Assembly: GCA_963751455.1 (NCBI GenBank)
Contig: CAVVUN010000009.1
Span: 256,001-320,000 of the forward strand
Reading direction: 5' to 3'
Source: Nitrospirota bacterium
GTDB taxonomy: Bacteria; Nitrospirota; UBA9217
DNA length: 64,000 nucleotides
The notes under the pieces: generated by a model
The model's database searches: none
Seen by the model: only the letters and a program-made list of their open reading frames with translations
Told to the model about the DNA's origin: nothing
Shown: piece by piece, positions 47,119 to 58,941 of the stretch
Position numbering within the stretch: position 1 is the first letter of the stretch
Layout of the letters: every line of letters starts with the position of its first letter
Program-made: the position numbers and the translations under genes

Positions 47119-49341
47119 ATGTCTTTAAGCATATTAATGATGATTTCAAAAAACGACCGTTACGGCGCCCAGCGTGTTTTTCTGGACCAGGTTTCCAGTA
47201 TGCACCGCATGGGACATTCCGTCGTGGTGGTCGGCCGGGGCACTGAAGGTTTTGTAACCGAATCAGTCCTTGCCATGGGTGTGGAGTATCACGGCATATC
47301 CATGAGCAAGGTGAACGATTTGTTCTTTCTGATGCGCCTCGTGAAAAACAAAAATATCGACATCATCCATACTGCGCTCGATCGGGCCGATTATTTCGGA
47401 ATCCTGTTGTCCAGGTGCACCGGCAAACCGGTCATCACTACGATGAACGTGAAGCGGTCCCACCTGGGGCACAGGCTGGCAGACAGAGTTATAACAGTTT
47501 CGCGTCAACAAAAGATCTTACTCATAAAAAAAGGCGTGAATGCCGGCAAGGTGCACATGGTTCGCCCCGGGATAGACATTGACCGTTTTTGCCGCCCCGA
47601 TCCCGGAAAGCGCCAATTCTGGAAGCAAAAACTGAACCGCGACACGCACAGCATTGTCTTCTGCCATATCTCAAGCATGCTGCCCCAGAAAAACCATTCG
47701 GTCTCTATAGATCTTGTGGATTCATGCAGAAAGCGGGGAGAAGAGCCGCTCCTGATTATTGCGGGCGGTCCGCTCGAGGGCGAATATTATACATCGCTGA
47801 AAAAAAAGATTTCGGATTCGGGACTCGACAAGAATGTATATTTTACCGGGTGGACCAGGGACCTGCCGGAGCTGCTTTCTTTGAGCCATTTTACGCTTCT
47901 CCCCTCGGTCCATGAAGCACTCGGCATGGTTTTGATCGAGGGTATGGCTGCGGGGACCCCTATCGTGGCATGCAAGGGCGAAGGCGGAGCCGAACTGATT
48001 GAAGATTACGAAACGGGTTTCCTGTACGATACCGGGGAAGGCGTTCCTCGGCTGGCGGAACGGCTTATGGCGCTGTACAGCGACAGAACGCGATATGCAG
48101 CCCTCTCTGATAAATGCCGAAATCTGGCGCGGAATGAATTGTCCCTCGACCGGTTCGGAGAACACCTTTTACGAGTGTATAGTGAGGTCGTGACTATACC
48201 GCGCGTCTTCTCTGACCGGCGAGATCGGATACATACCTCTGACACTCAGCGAAAAGACAAACAATCGCTGCGTATTCTGCAAATAATATCCAAAAATGAC
48301 CGGTATGGGGCTCAAAGGATCTTTCTGGATCAGATATCGACTCTTCATGCCATGGGCAACCAGGTGACCGTCGTAGGTAGGGGCACAGAAGGGTTTGTCT
48401 CGGATTCAGTACGCAATATCGGCATACCCTACCACGGTATTCCGATGAACGGAATCGGCGACATTCATTTCGTGCGTCGTCTGATAAAAGAGCATAATAT
48501 TGATGTTATACACACTACCCTTGACCGAGCCGATACCCTGGGTCTACTCGCTTCTCCGTTCCTTGGTTGTCCCGTTATAAGCACCATGATGGTGCCGCGG
48601 GTGCACCTCGGCTTTCGGTACATGGACCGCGTGATTGCCTTGAGCCGCAAGCTTCAGGTATTGCTGAAACAGAAAGGGGTCGACCCGTCGAGAATTGAAG
48701 TAATACGGCCCGGCGTGAATGTTGAGCGGTTCACCAACCTGGACGAACAGAAGCGGAAGAGTTGGTACGAGAGGGTCCGGAGAGAGCGATATAGTATCGT
48801 TTTTTGCCATATCGCGAGTATGATCCCGAGAAAAGCCCATTGCGTATCACTCGAACTCGCGGATGCCTGCAAAAAACGGGGAGAAGAACCTCTCCTTATC
48901 ATAGTAGGAGATCCCCTTCGCGGTTCCTATTACGAATCCTTTATCAACCTGGTCAATGATAAAGGACTTGCGGGAAACGTCTTCTTTACAGGCTGGACAT
49001 CGGAAATTCCAGAAATATTGTCGCTCAGCCACTTCACGGTGCTTCCATCCGAAAATGAAGCTCTCGGTGTTGCGCTTATGGAAGGGATGGCCGCAGGCAC
49101 CCCGATTATTGCACGGTCGGACGAAGGCGGTGCGGAGCTTATTGATGATTACGGAACAGGATTCGTGTTCAGGCCCGATAAAGGTGTGGAAAATCTTGCC
49201 GTGGAACTGTTGGACACTTACCGGAAACCGGGCCGCTACAGGGAACTGTCCGCCCGATGCACCACGACGTCGATCTCGGAATTTTCGATGGAAAAATTCG
49301 GCAAGCGGCTGACCGATCTTTATGCCCGGGCCGGCCTCTAG
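47119..49341 (+). CDS. tandem GT4-GT4 glycosyltransferase
   Basis: Two homologous halves (ISKNDRYGAQR.FLDQ; EALG..L.EGMAAGTP twice). Confidence 0.88.
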   Translation: MSLSILMMISKNDRYGAQRVFLDQVSSMHRMGHSVVVVGRGTEGFVTESVLAMGVEYHGISMSKVNDLFFLMRLVKNKNIDIIHTALDRADYFGILLSRCTGKPVITTMNVKRSHLGHRLADRVITVSRQQKILLIKKGVNAGKVHMVRPGIDIDRFCRPDPGKRQFWKQKLNRDTHSIVFCHISSMLPQKNHSVSIDLVDSCRKRGEEPLLIIAGGPLEGEYYTSLKKKISDSGLDKNVYFTGWTRDLPELLSLSHFTLLPSVHEALGMVLIEGMAAGTPIVACKGEGGAELIEDYETGFLYDTGEGVPRLAERLMALYSDRTRYAALSDKCRNLARNELSLDRFGEHLLRVYSEVVTIPRVFSDRRDRIHTSDTQRKDKQSLRILQIISKNDRYGAQRIFLDQISTLHAMGNQVTVVGRGTEGFVSDSVRNIGIPYHGIPMNGIGDIHFVRRLIKEHNIDVIHTTLDRADTLGLLASPFLGCPVISTMMVPRVHLGFRYMDRVIALSRKLQVLLKQKGVDPSRIEVIRPGVNVERFTNLDEQKRKSWYERVRRERYSIVFCHIASMIPRKAHCVSLELADACKKRGEEPLLIIVGDPLRGSYYESFINLVNDKGLAGNVFFTGWTSEIPEILSLSHFTVLPSENEALGVALMEGMAAGTPIIARSDEGGAELIDDYGTGFVFRPDKGVENLAVELLDTYRKPGRYRELSARCTTTSISEFSMEKFGKRLTDLYARAGL

Positions 49342-49584
49342 TTCCTGTCGCATTGAGCAAGCTTCAGCTATAATATTGTCTCCATCCCTCGCTGCCCTGA
49401 TTACCGATCAAGTGTAAATACAATCAGAGCTGCCCCGGCTATCTCGACCTGCCTTCATTTTTCAAAATGCCTGGATTTCCGCCAAGTAATATCAATTTAA
49501 AACTTTACTTTCATTAAATAATATTGTAATATTATCAGCCTATTAGGGAATTACCAGTTCGTCAGTTCGAGGAGAAGGGTGAAC

Positions 49585-50718
49585 ATGAAACGAGCTCTCA
49601 TAACGGGAATCACCGGACAGGACGGTTCATATCTTGCGGAGTTTCTTTTATCGAAAGGGTATGAAGTCCACGGGCTCATTCGCCGTGCAAGCACTTTCAA
49701 CACTGGAAGAATAGATCATGTCTACACCGACCCCCATGTCAGGGGGACCAGGCTGTTTTTGCACTACGGCGATCTTGCCGATGCGGGACAATTGACCCAC
49801 ATCATTTACAACATCAAACCGGATGAAGTATACAACCTCGCTGCACAAAGCCATGTAAGGGTCAGCTTTGACATGCCGGAATATACCGGAGATATTGTAG
49901 GCCTCGGCACGACCAGACTTCTGGAAACAATCCAAAAGAGCGGCATTCAGGCAAAATACTACCAGGCGTCTTCATCTGAGATGTTCGGCGCTGCCAAGCC
50001 GCCGCAAAATGAGAATACGGTCTTTTACCCGCGAAGCCCTTATGCCGCGGCAAAGGTATATGCATACTGGATCACGGTAAATTACCGTGAAGGCTACAAG
50101 ATGTTTGCCTGTAACGGGATATTATTCAATCACGAATCCCCCAGGCGGGGCGAAACTTTCGTAACGAGAAAAATATCCAGGGCGGTTGGCTCGATTCTAG
50201 CCGGAAAGCAGGAAAAACTGTATTTGGGCAATTTAAGCGCAAAGAGAGACTGGGGCTTTGCGCCGGAATATGTCGAATGTCAATGGCTGATACTGCAGCA
50301 GAACACGCCTGATGATTACGTGATCGGCACAGGTGAGAGTCACACGGTTCGTGAATTCGTCGAGCTTGCATTTCACTATACCGGTGTTGAAATAGAGTGG
50401 AAGGGAAAGGGAACAGAAGAAAAAGGGATCGTCCGTTCCGTCAGCCCGGGGACTGCATGGCCTATAAAAACCGGCGATGTTCTCGTAGAGATCGATCCCA
50501 GGTATTTTCGGCCGACGGAAGTCGATTTTCTCCTTGCGGACCCGTCGAAAGCCATGAAACAGCTCGGCTGGGAGCCGAAGATTACCTTCAAGGAACTCGT
50601 AAAAATCATGGTTGACGCGGATATGGAAATGATGGACCTTACCTCCCCCGGTCACGGAGTGAAGACCTTGCACGATAAAGGGATCCACTGGACGAAAAAC
50701 AGGGTCACATTAGGATAG
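49585..50718 (+). CDS. gmd: GDP-mannose 4,6-dehydratase
   Basis: [44 protein letters not shown]. Confidence 0.97.
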   Translation: MKRALITGITGQDGSYLAEFLLSKGYEVHGLIRRASTFNTGRIDHVYTDPHVRGTRLFLHYGDLADAGQLTHIIYNIKPDEVYNLAAQSHVRVSFDMPEYTGDIVGLGTTRLLETIQKSGIQAKYYQASSSEMFGAAKPPQNENTVFYPRSPYAAAKVYAYWITVNYREGYKMFACNGILFNHESPRRGETFVTRKISRAVGSILAGKQEKLYLGNLSAKRDWGFAPEYVECQWLILQQNTPDDYVIGTGESHTVREFVELAFHYTGVEIEWKGKGTEEKGIVRSVSPGTAWPIKTGDVLVEIDPRYFRPTEVDFLLADPSKAMKQLGWEPKITFKELVKIMVDADMEMMDLTSPGHGVKTLHDKGIHWTKNRVTLG

Positions 50719-50743
50719 GAGTAGTCCCTTCCTGGTGCTGCTT

Positions 50744-51682
50744 ATGAACAATTCATCAAAAATATACGTTGCAGGCCACAGGGGACTCGTCGGATCTGCA
50801 CTCATAAAAAAACTCAAGGAACAGGGATACGGGCAGCTGCTCGTCAAAACGAGCCGTGAACTGGACCTGAGACGCCAATCTGCAGTTGAAGACTTTTTTG
50901 AGCATGAAAAACCGGATTATGTTTTTCTTGCCGCCGCCAAAGTAGGCGGCATCCTGGCAAACAACACCTATAAGGCCGAGTTCATTTACGATAATATTAT
51001 GATTGCGGCGAATATTATCAACGCCGCCTATAAATCCGGCGTAAAGAAATTACTCAATCTCGGCTCGTCCTGCATCTATCCGAAGTTTGCGCCTCAGCCA
51101 ATGAAGGAAGAACATCTGTTGACCGGCATTCTTGAGCCCACAAATGAACCGTATGCAATCTCGAAAATAGCCGCCATAAAGCTTTGCCGTTATTACAATG
51201 AGCAGTTTGGAACCAACTTCATATCCGTAATGCCTACGAACCTTTATGGACCGAATGATAATTTCGACTTTGAGACTTCGCATGTGCTTCCAGCATTAAT
51301 CAGGAAATTTCATGAAGCCGGGAAAGTGAATCAGGAATCAGTCGTCCTGTGGGGAACCGGGGAACCGTACAGGGAATTTCTCTACGTTGACGATCTGGCC
51401 GACGCCTGTCTTTTTCTTATGAAACGATACGATTACCGTGATATAGGTGAGTTTATCAATATCGGCACCGGCGAGGACATCAGGATAAAAGACCTCGCGG
51501 AACTCATAAAAAAAATCACCGGTTTCAGCGGAACGATTAAACACGATACCTCGAAACCCGATGGAACCCCCAGGAAACTCCTCGATGTGACGAGAATTTC
51601 CTCACTCGGCTGGAAGCCGAAGATCGACCTGGAAGACGGTATAAGAAGGACATATGAATTTTTCAGGGGAGCGGAGCGATGA
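50744..51682 (+). CDS. fcl: GDP-L-fucose synthase
   Basis: [37 protein letters not shown]. Confidence 0.95.
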   Translation: MNNSSKIYVAGHRGLVGSALIKKLKEQGYGQLLVKTSRELDLRRQSAVEDFFEHEKPDYVFLAAAKVGGILANNTYKAEFIYDNIMIAANIINAAYKSGVKKLLNLGSSCIYPKFAPQPMKEEHLLTGILEPTNEPYAISKIAAIKLCRYYNEQFGTNFISVMPTNLYGPNDNFDFETSHVLPALIRKFHEAGKVNQESVVLWGTGEPYREFLYVDDLADACLFLMKRYDYRDIGEFINIGTGEDIRIKDLAELIKKITGFSGTIKHDTSKPDGTPRKLLDVTRISSLGWKPKIDLEDGIRRTYEFFRGAER

Positions 51683-52452
51683 AAGTCGTAATACTTGCCG
51701 GAGGCCTTGGAACCAGGATCAGTGAAGAAACGATAGTGCGGCCCAAACCGATGGTCGAGATCGGTGGAAAACCGATCTTGTGGCACATCATGAAAATATA
51801 TTCTCATTATGGATATAATGAATTTATTGTCTGCCTCGGTTTTAAAGGTTATATGATTAAGGAATATTTTTCGAATTATTTTCTTCATATGAGCAATGTG
51901 ACGTTCGATATGAAGCAGAATACGATGCAGGTGCACGAACAATATGCTGAACCATGGAAAGTAACCCTCGTCGACACGGGAACGGATACCATGACCGGAG
52001 GCCGCATAAAACGGGTCGCGCCTTATATCGGCAAAGAACCATTCATGCTCACGTACGGCGACGGCGTCGCCGATATCAATATCTCCAGCCTCGTCAAGTA
52101 CCACAAAAAACATGGAAAATTTTGCACGGTCACGGCCACGCAGCCGTCCGGCCGTTTCGGTGCTCTTCGTCTCGATGATGCGGGGCTGGTCGCCGCATTC
52201 CAGGAAAAACCTGCCGGCGACGGTTCCTGGATCAACGGCGGCTTCTTTGTTCTGGAACCGGGGATACTTGATTATATAAAAAGCGACGAAACTATATTCG
52301 AAAAAGAGCCTCTGGAACGGCTGTCAAGCGAGGGGCAGCTGGTCGCATACAAGCATGCTGATTTCTGGTACGCCATGGATACACTTCGCGATAAAAACCA
52401 TCTCGAAACGCTCTGGCAATCCGGTGATGCACCGTGGAAAGTATGGGAATGA
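51679..52452 (+). CDS. rfbF: glucose-1-phosphate cytidylyltransferase
   Basis: [39 protein letters not shown]. Confidence 0.96.
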   Translation: MKVVILAGGLGTRISEETIVRPKPMVEIGGKPILWHIMKIYSHYGYNEFIVCLGFKGYMIKEYFSNYFLHMSNVTFDMKQNTMQVHEQYAEPWKVTLVDTGTDTMTGGRIKRVAPYIGKEPFMLTYGDGVADINISSLVKYHKKHGKFCTVTATQPSGRFGALRLDDAGLVAAFQEKPAGDGSWINGGFFVLEPGILDYIKSDETIFEKEPLERLSSEGQLVAYKHADFWYAMDTLRDKNHLETLWQSGDAPWKVWE

Positions 52453-52476
52453 CAAGCAGGAGATACGAGGCCTTTT

Positions 52477-53580
52477 GTGATCGATAAAGAATTCTGGAAA
52501 GGGAAAAAAGTGTTCCTGACCGGGCATACCGGTTTCAAGGGCTCGTGGCTCTGCCTGTGGCTTCATTCACTCGGAGCCGAGGTCCACGGCTATGCTCTTG
52601 ACCCGCCCACGAAGCCGAGCCTCTATGAGTTATGCGGCATTCAGCAGCTCCTGCGATCGACGATTGCCGATATCAGAGACCGCGACACTTTAACAAAAGC
52701 ACTAACTTCGTCGAGGCCCGAGATCGTGATCCACATGGCTGCCCAACCGCTGGTCAGAGATTCGTACAGGATGCCTCACGAAACCTACGAAGTTAACGTG
52801 ATGGGCACGGTCAATCTGCTCGAGTCCATCAGAGCATGCAAAACAGTTAAAGCAGTCATCAATATCACGACGGACAAATGCTACGAGAACAGGGAATGGA
52901 TATGGGGATACCGCGAAAACGAACCGCTCGGCGGGTATGATCCCTATTCGAGCAGCAAGGCCTGCTCCGAACTGGTGACTGCCGCATACCGCAGTTCGTA
53001 TTTCAATCCGAAAGACTATCCGGTTCACGGTGTTGCGCTCGCCTCAGCGCGGGCAGGCAATGTTATCGGAGGCGGAGACTGGGCGACTGACAGGCTTATC
53101 CCGGATTGCGTCAGGGCCTTTTTAAACGGCACGAAAGTTGTCATTAGAAATCCCGAATCAATCCGGCCCTGGCAGCATGTGCTTGAGCCGTTGAGCGGAT
53201 ACCTGGCGCTCGGTCGGAAACTGTATGAAGAAGGCCCAGCGTATGGTGACGCATGGAATTTCGGACCGGATGAAGCCGATGCAAAACCGGTCCGCTGGAT
53301 CGTTGAAAGGCTTTCTAGAAAATGGGGTGAAGGAGCGCACTATCTGGTAGATACCGAAAACAACCCTCATGAAGCTCATTATCTTAAGCTCGATTGTTCA
53401 AAAGCGAAGTCCAAATTGATGTGGCGTTCCCGATGGGACCTCCCAACCGCTCTCGAATCGATCATTGAGTGGACTCGTGCGTACAGCGAAAAAAGAGACG
53501 TAAAAAATGTCTGCCTGAAGCAGATAGGCGATTATTCACGGGACTCATACACGGGCAGAACACTCCCGGCGCCAGCCTAG
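52477..53580 (+). CDS. rfbG: CDP-glucose 4,6-dehydratase
   Basis: TGHTGFKGSWL, AAQPLVR.SY, TTDKCY, RAGNVIGGGDW, RPWQHVLEPL. Confidence 0.96.
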   Translation: MIDKEFWKGKKVFLTGHTGFKGSWLCLWLHSLGAEVHGYALDPPTKPSLYELCGIQQLLRSTIADIRDRDTLTKALTSSRPEIVIHMAAQPLVRDSYRMPHETYEVNVMGTVNLLESIRACKTVKAVINITTDKCYENREWIWGYRENEPLGGYDPYSSSKACSELVTAAYRSSYFNPKDYPVHGVALASARAGNVIGGGDWATDRLIPDCVRAFLNGTKVVIRNPESIRPWQHVLEPLSGYLALGRKLYEEGPAYGDAWNFGPDEADAKPVRWIVERLSRKWGEGAHYLVDTENNPHEAHYLKLDCSKAKSKLMWRSRWDLPTALESIIEWTRAYSEKRDVKNVCLKQIGDYSRDSYTGRTLPAPA

Positions 53581-53655
53581 AGCATAAAATGTTTCATTCA
53601 GTTGTTATGAAAAAAAGATACAATAGTAAAAGAATCTTTTTTTCAGGAGGTAAAT

Positions 53656-54744
53656 GTGGTCAGAGATATTTTTGAAGACTTGTTCGTCCTGGAAATGACG
53701 AACAACCATAAAGGCGACGTCAAAAGAGGACTTGAAATTATCCATCAGTTTTCACGCCTCGTTCGGTTCAATAATGTGAGAGCGGCGATCAAGCTTCAAT
53801 TTCGCGATGTCGACTCCTTCATTCATAAAGATTTCAGGACCAGGGACGACATCTATTACGTGAAACGGGTACTGGAAACGCGCCTGAAACTGGAAGAGTA
53901 TGCTGCCTTGGTTGAAGCGATCCGCAAGTCAAATTGCATTCCGATGACGACGCCCTTTGACGAAAAATCGGTCGATCTTATCGAGTATTTCGACATGCCC
54001 TTCATTAAAATAGCGAGTTCCGGCTGCAACGACTGGATGCTCATCGAAAGGATTGCGAAGACCAGAAAACCGGTTATCGTTTCCGTAGGCGGCATGTCCC
54101 TCAAGGACATGGACGATATGGTCACGTTTTTCGAAAATAGAAACATCCCCGTCTGTTTACTGCACTGTATCGCGGCCTATCCGACCGAAGAGCGCGATCA
54201 GCAGCTTAACCAGATCGATTTTCTGAGGAACAGATATCCCAATCATACTATCGGCTTGTCGTCTCATGAATATCATGATTGGCATTCATCGGTCACGGCT
54301 GCATACGCGAAGGGCGCCAGGGTTTTTGAACGGCACATCGATATCGATACCGACGGGTCAAAAGTGGCTGCCTATTCCTCGCTTCCTCAACAGATAGATA
54401 CATGGTTCAAGGCATGGCATCATGCAAAACTGATATGCGGAGCGTCCGGAGAGACACGGCTGATGCCTATTGATAAAGAAACTGAATATCTGCATTCCTA
54501 CATACGGGGTGTTTACGCCAAAAAAGACCTGAAAGAAGGAGGAATGATCTCGGAATCCGATATTTATCTGGCCATCCCTCTGCAAAAGGGGCAGCTGTCC
54601 TGCCGGGAATTGATGCTCGGGCAGTGGGGCCACAAGATCTTGAAAAATATCCAGAGCGACCAGCCCATCATGATCGATGCGATCGATACCCCGTACGCCT
54701 CCAGTGATGAATTAAAGAAACTTATTTATGAAAGAGGAATTTGA
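53656..54744 (+). CDS. NeuB-family PEP-dependent ulosonate synthase (divergent)
   Basis: EMTNNH.GD, KLQ, TPFD..S, KIAS, LLHC...YP, S.H, FERH, SAF-like tail. Confidence 0.85.
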   Translation: MVRDIFEDLFVLEMTNNHKGDVKRGLEIIHQFSRLVRFNNVRAAIKLQFRDVDSFIHKDFRTRDDIYYVKRVLETRLKLEEYAALVEAIRKSNCIPMTTPFDEKSVDLIEYFDMPFIKIASSGCNDWMLIERIAKTRKPVIVSVGGMSLKDMDDMVTFFENRNIPVCLLHCIAAYPTEERDQQLNQIDFLRNRYPNHTIGLSSHEYHDWHSSVTAAYAKGARVFERHIDIDTDGSKVAAYSSLPQQIDTWFKAWHHAKLICGASGETRLMPIDKETEYLHSYIRGVYAKKDLKEGGMISESDIYLAIPLQKGQLSCRELMLGQWGHKILKNIQSDQPIMIDAIDTPYASSDELKKLIYERGI

Positions 54745-54817
54745 CGCGGTCCATCATCAAGAATGCTTTTCAATCGGCGTGTATTGCGGACTTCGCCGGC
54801 TGGAAATGAGGTGAGAA

Positions 54818-56170
54818 GTGGCGGGGAAAAACGAAGGCGAAGAAGAATTGCGGAGTCAGGTGGTCCGTGCCGCAGCGCGCTATTATGAGTACAAGCACAG
54901 GGAAAAAGCCGTTTTCAAACCCGGAGACCGGATCGCTTACGGAGGAAGGGTGTTTGATGAAAAGGAAATATGCGCGCTGGTCGATTCTTCACTCGATTTC
55001 TGGCTTACGACAGGACGCTATGCTCAAAGATTCGAAAAAGATTTTGCAGCGCTTCTCGGCGCCGCATTTTGTTCCCTTACGAATTCAGGTTCTTCCGCTA
55101 ACCTTCTCGCCTTCGTGGCGCTGACGTCACCCTCTCTCGAAAAAAGGATTCATAAAGGCGATGAGGTCATAACCGTGGCAGCCGGTTTCCCGACTACGGT
55201 TGCCCCCATTATACAATACGGCGCAGTTCCGGTTTTTCTCGATATCACTCCACCCACGTACAATATCGATTGCTCGGGACTCGAAGAGGCGCTCTCGGAC
55301 AGGACAAGGGCCGTGATGCTGGCCCATACGCTCGGCAATCCCTTCGATCTCGAGGCTGTAAAAGGTTTCTGCGACAAACATGATTTATGGCTGATCGAAG
55401 ACAACTGCGACTCATTGGGTTCGAAGTATCGTTATAAAGGAGTCTGGAAATACACCGGGACGATCGGCCACATGGGGACATCCAGTTTCTATCCCCCTCA
55501 TCATATAACCATGGGGGAAGGAGGCGCGGTCTATACGGACGATGCGCGTCTCAAGAAAATAGTAGAATCGTTTCGCGATTGGGGAAGGGACTGCTGGTGT
55601 CCTTCCGGGCGGGATAATTCATGCAAACAGCGCTTTTCGCGGCAATTCGGACAGCTTCCGGTGGGGTATGACCACAAATACGTTTATTCCCATTTCGGGT
55701 ATAATCTCAAAGTCACGGATATGCAGGCGGCTATTGGTTGCGCACAGCTCGAAAAACTGCCCGGCTTCATTGCGGCCCGCAAAAAAAACTGGAGAGTGCT
55801 GCGGGACGGCTTGTCCGCTTTGGAGGACAGGTTTATTCTGCCTGAGACGGGTAACAACACGGATCCGAGCTGGTTCGGTTTTCTGCTTACGGTAAAAGAA
55901 AAGGCAGGGTTTACTCGAAATGAGATCGTAAGCCATCTGGAAAAGAACGGGATACAGACACGCATGCTTTTTGCGGGTAATCTTATCAAACATCCCTGCT
56001 TCGATGAATTACGTGAAACGGGGGCCGGATACCGGGTGATCGACGAATTGAAGAATACCGATATGGTGATGGAACGGAGCTTCTGGATAGGAGTCTATCC
56101 GGGGATGCGGGAAGGCATGCTGGAATTCATGATCGAAAAAATCAGGGAATTTGCAAACCGAACAGTATGA
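54818..56170 (+). CDS. rfbH: CDP-4-keto-6-deoxy-D-glucose 3-dehydrase (E1)
   Basis: NSGSSANL, SFYPPHHITMGEGG (His in place of PLP Lys), GRDCWC..C Fe-S motif, GYDHKY.Y.H.GYN. Confidence 0.93.
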   Translation: MAGKNEGEEELRSQVVRAAARYYEYKHREKAVFKPGDRIAYGGRVFDEKEICALVDSSLDFWLTTGRYAQRFEKDFAALLGAAFCSLTNSGSSANLLAFVALTSPSLEKRIHKGDEVITVAAGFPTTVAPIIQYGAVPVFLDITPPTYNIDCSGLEEALSDRTRAVMLAHTLGNPFDLEAVKGFCDKHDLWLIEDNCDSLGSKYRYKGVWKYTGTIGHMGTSSFYPPHHITMGEGGAVYTDDARLKKIVESFRDWGRDCWCPSGRDNSCKQRFSRQFGQLPVGYDHKYVYSHFGYNLKVTDMQAAIGCAQLEKLPGFIAARKKNWRVLRDGLSALEDRFILPETGNNTDPSWFGFLLTVKEKAGFTRNEIVSHLEKNGIQTRMLFAGNLIKHPCFDELRETGAGYRVIDELKNTDMVMERSFWIGVYPGMREGMLEFMIEKIREFANRTV

Positions 56171-57045
56171 AGATCCTGATAACAGGCGGCAGCGGCTTTA
56201 TCGGCAGAAACGTAAAGGAATATTTGTCCGCACGGTACAGCGTGCTTGCACCCGCTCATTCTGAATTGGAACTTCTCGATGAAAAGGCAGTTGAGAACTT
56301 TCTCGCAAAAAATTCCGTAGATATCGTCATCCACAGTGCCGTGAAGCCGGGCCACCGCAATGCCAAGGACCTTTCGGGACAGCTGTATACGAACACCCGC
56401 ATGTTTTTCAATCTCGCCAGGAATAATGATCGCTACGGGAAAATGATCTTCATCGGGTCCGGAGCGGTATACGACATGCGCGCATACAGACCCAAGATGA
56501 AAGAGGAATATTTCGATACGAGCATTCCTGCCGACGAGCACGGATTTTCAAAATATATCATTGCAAAATATATTGAGCGGACGGACAATATCCTGGAACT
56601 GAGGGTCTTCGGCATTTTCGGGAAGTACGAAGATTATGCCATACGGTTCATATCGAACGCGATCTGCAAGACGCTGCACGATCTTCCGATAACGATCAAG
56701 CAGAACCGCAAGTTCGATTATATCAATATTGACGACCTCGTGAAGGTGGTTGAGCATTTTATGCATAACGAGGGCCGGCATAAAGCTTACAATGTGACAC
56801 CGGACGCCTCTATAGATCTCCTTACGCTTGCCGAAAAAGTACGATCGCAGTCCGGGAACAAAGTTCCCATTCTCGTGAGAGAGACCGGGGCCGGATTAGA
56901 GTACAGCGGCGACAATTCTCGTCTCCGGGCCGAGATGCCCGAACTGAAACTTACTTCTCTTGATGAGTCCATTGCGCGGTTATACGATTGGTACGCTGCC
57001 CATCTTCACGTTATCGAGAGGGACAAGCTGCTGGTTGACAGATAA
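56167..57045 (+). CDS. NAD-dependent epimerase/reductase (extended SDR)
   Basis: ITGGSGFIG, GSGAVY, HGFSKY. Confidence 0.85.
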   Translation: MKILITGGSGFIGRNVKEYLSARYSVLAPAHSELELLDEKAVENFLAKNSVDIVIHSAVKPGHRNAKDLSGQLYTNTRMFFNLARNNDRYGKMIFIGSGAVYDMRAYRPKMKEEYFDTSIPADEHGFSKYIIAKYIERTDNILELRVFGIFGKYEDYAIRFISNAICKTLHDLPITIKQNRKFDYINIDDLVKVVEHFMHNEGRHKAYNVTPDASIDLLTLAEKVRSQSGNKVPILVRETGAGLEYSGDNSRLRAEMPELKLTSLDESIARLYDWYAAHLHVIERDKLLVDR

Positions 57046-57065
57046 GAACTCGGGGCCATTTTATC

Positions 57066-58883
57066 ATGATAAAGGTTTCTGATTACATCGTAAATAAACT
57101 CGTCGAGTACGGCGTGCAGCATGTATTTATGATTACGGGCGGCGGGGCAATGCATCTCAATGATTCGATCGGAAAATGCCGAGATATCGAATATATCTGC
57201 AATCATCATGAGCAGGCCTCTGCCATAGCGGCTGAAGGTTACGCCCGTGCCTCTGGAAAGCCTGCAGTGGTCGTAGTCACGAGCGGCCCTGGAGGAACGA
57301 ATACGCTTACCGGTGTCATCGGACAATGGCTCGATTCGGTCCCTGTCATTTACCTCTCGGGACAGGTCAAACAGGAGACAACGATAGAGTCATGCAGGGA
57401 ACTCGGTCTCCGGCAGCTCGGCGACCAGGAAATCAATATAATTGATATCGTGCGGCCTGTTACTAAATTTTCCGCTATTATAAAAAATTCGCGGGACATT
57501 AAAAAGCTCGTGGAAAAAGCCATGTACATCGCAACGCACGGAAGACCGGGACCGGTTTGGCTCGATGTCCCGCTCGATATTCAGGCGGCCATGATCGATG
57601 AAGAGACCCTGCAAGGTTACGACGAGAAAGAAGACGAGGTGCGTTTTGAACCGGCCGCAGTCAAAGCCCGGGTATCACGTCTCCTCGAAATGCTGAAGAA
57701 AGCCGAGCGCCCCGTTTTTCTTGCCGGGCAGGGGATACGGATTGCCGGGGGGCAGAAACTCTTTCTGGATGCCATTGAATCCCTGGGGATACCCGTTGTT
57801 ACATCGTTCTGCGGCTTTGATCTTATACCGACCGATCATCCGCTCTTCATAGGAAGAATAGGAACAGTGGGAAACCGGTCCGGAAATTTCACGCTTCAGA
57901 ACAGTGATTTGCTTCTGTCCGTAGGGTCCCGCAATAACATCAGGCAAGTCAGTTACAACTGGCGTTCTTACGCGCGAGCCGCCACCAAGGTCATTGTCGA
58001 CATCGATGCTTCGGAACTTAAAAAGCCAACAATCAAACCGGACCTTGCTGTTCATGCCGATGCAGCTGTTTTTTTAAAGGAACTGCAGGCCCAGCTTACG
58101 CACCAAAAGCTTCCCGAACGGAACAAATGGCTGGAATGGTGCCGGTTCAGAAAAGAGAAATATCCTCGAGTCTCGTCGGAACAGCGTTCTTCGACCGGCT
58201 TCGTCAATCCCTATTATTTTATAGAAATGCTGACCGGTTCGCTGCGTGAAGAAGCGATCGTGACCGCAGGGAACGGTACTGCCTGCGTCGCGCTGTTTCA
58301 GGCCGGCACTGTAAAACAGCGGCAGCGCATGTTCTGGAACTCTGGCTGTGCTTCCATGGGATATGATTTACCCGCTGCCATAGGCGCGTGCCTGGCAAGT
58401 GGAAGGAAAGACGTTGTTTGCCTGGCCGGTGACGGCAGCCTCCAGATGAACATTCAGGAACTGCAAACAGTTGCGCACAACCGGCTGCCGATCAAGCTTT
58501 TTGTACTCGATAACAGCGGATACATTTCGATCAGGCAGACTCAGGATGCTTTTTTTGACGGCCGACATATAGGATGTGATGCCGCCAGCGGTGTCAGTTT
58601 TCCGGATATTGAAAAAGTAGCCTCAGCCTACGGCATCAGAACCGCTGCGATAGAAAATCATAAAGAAATGAAAGATGCTATCTCAGTGGTTCTCGAGACC
58701 GAGGGTCCCGTGATCTGCCGGGTCCGTCTTTCTCCCGGTTACAAATTCGAACCCAAGCTCTCTTCGGAACGTAAACCGGACGGTAAAATTGTTTCAAAGC
58801 CGCTGGAAGATATGTTTCCGTTCCTGGACCGTGAAGAATTCAAAAGCAATATGCTCATTCCCGAATGGGACCCCGAACAATGA
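57066..58883 (+). CDS. ThDP-dependent carboligase (acetolactate synthase-like, YerE-type)
   Basis: HHEQA..AAEGY, TSGPG.TN, GRPGPVW.DVP.D, GDGS.QMNIQEL..DNSGY. Confidence 0.88.
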   Translation: MIKVSDYIVNKLVEYGVQHVFMITGGGAMHLNDSIGKCRDIEYICNHHEQASAIAAEGYARASGKPAVVVVTSGPGGTNTLTGVIGQWLDSVPVIYLSGQVKQETTIESCRELGLRQLGDQEINIIDIVRPVTKFSAIIKNSRDIKKLVEKAMYIATHGRPGPVWLDVPLDIQAAMIDEETLQGYDEKEDEVRFEPAAVKARVSRLLEMLKKAERPVFLAGQGIRIAGGQKLFLDAIESLGIPVVTSFCGFDLIPTDHPLFIGRIGTVGNRSGNFTLQNSDLLLSVGSRNNIRQVSYNWRSYARAATKVIVDIDASELKKPTIKPDLAVHADAAVFLKELQAQLTHQKLPERNKWLEWCRFRKEKYPRVSSEQRSSTGFVNPYYFIEMLTGSLREEAIVTAGNGTACVALFQAGTVKQRQRMFWNSGCASMGYDLPAAIGACLASGRKDVVCLAGDGSLQMNIQELQTVAHNRLPIKLFVLDNSGYISIRQTQDAFFDGRHIGCDAASGVSFPDIEKVASAYGIRTAAIENHKEMKDAISVVLETEGPVICRVRLSPGYKFEPKLSSERKPDGKIVSKPLEDMFPFLDREEFKSNMLIPEWDPEQ

Positions 58884-58941
58884 TGTGGAAACAGCACATT
58901 AAACCTTTACATTCATCGGCAAAGGATGAGGTGATGAGATC

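Noticed and set aside
53656-54744. Sialic/legionaminic/pseudaminic acid pathway
   Set aside because: No NeuA, NeuC or aminotransferase/acetyltransferase partners nearby; sequence is divergent
57066-58883. Housekeeping ilvB
   Set aside because: No ilvN/ilvC nearby; embedded among CDP-sugar genes
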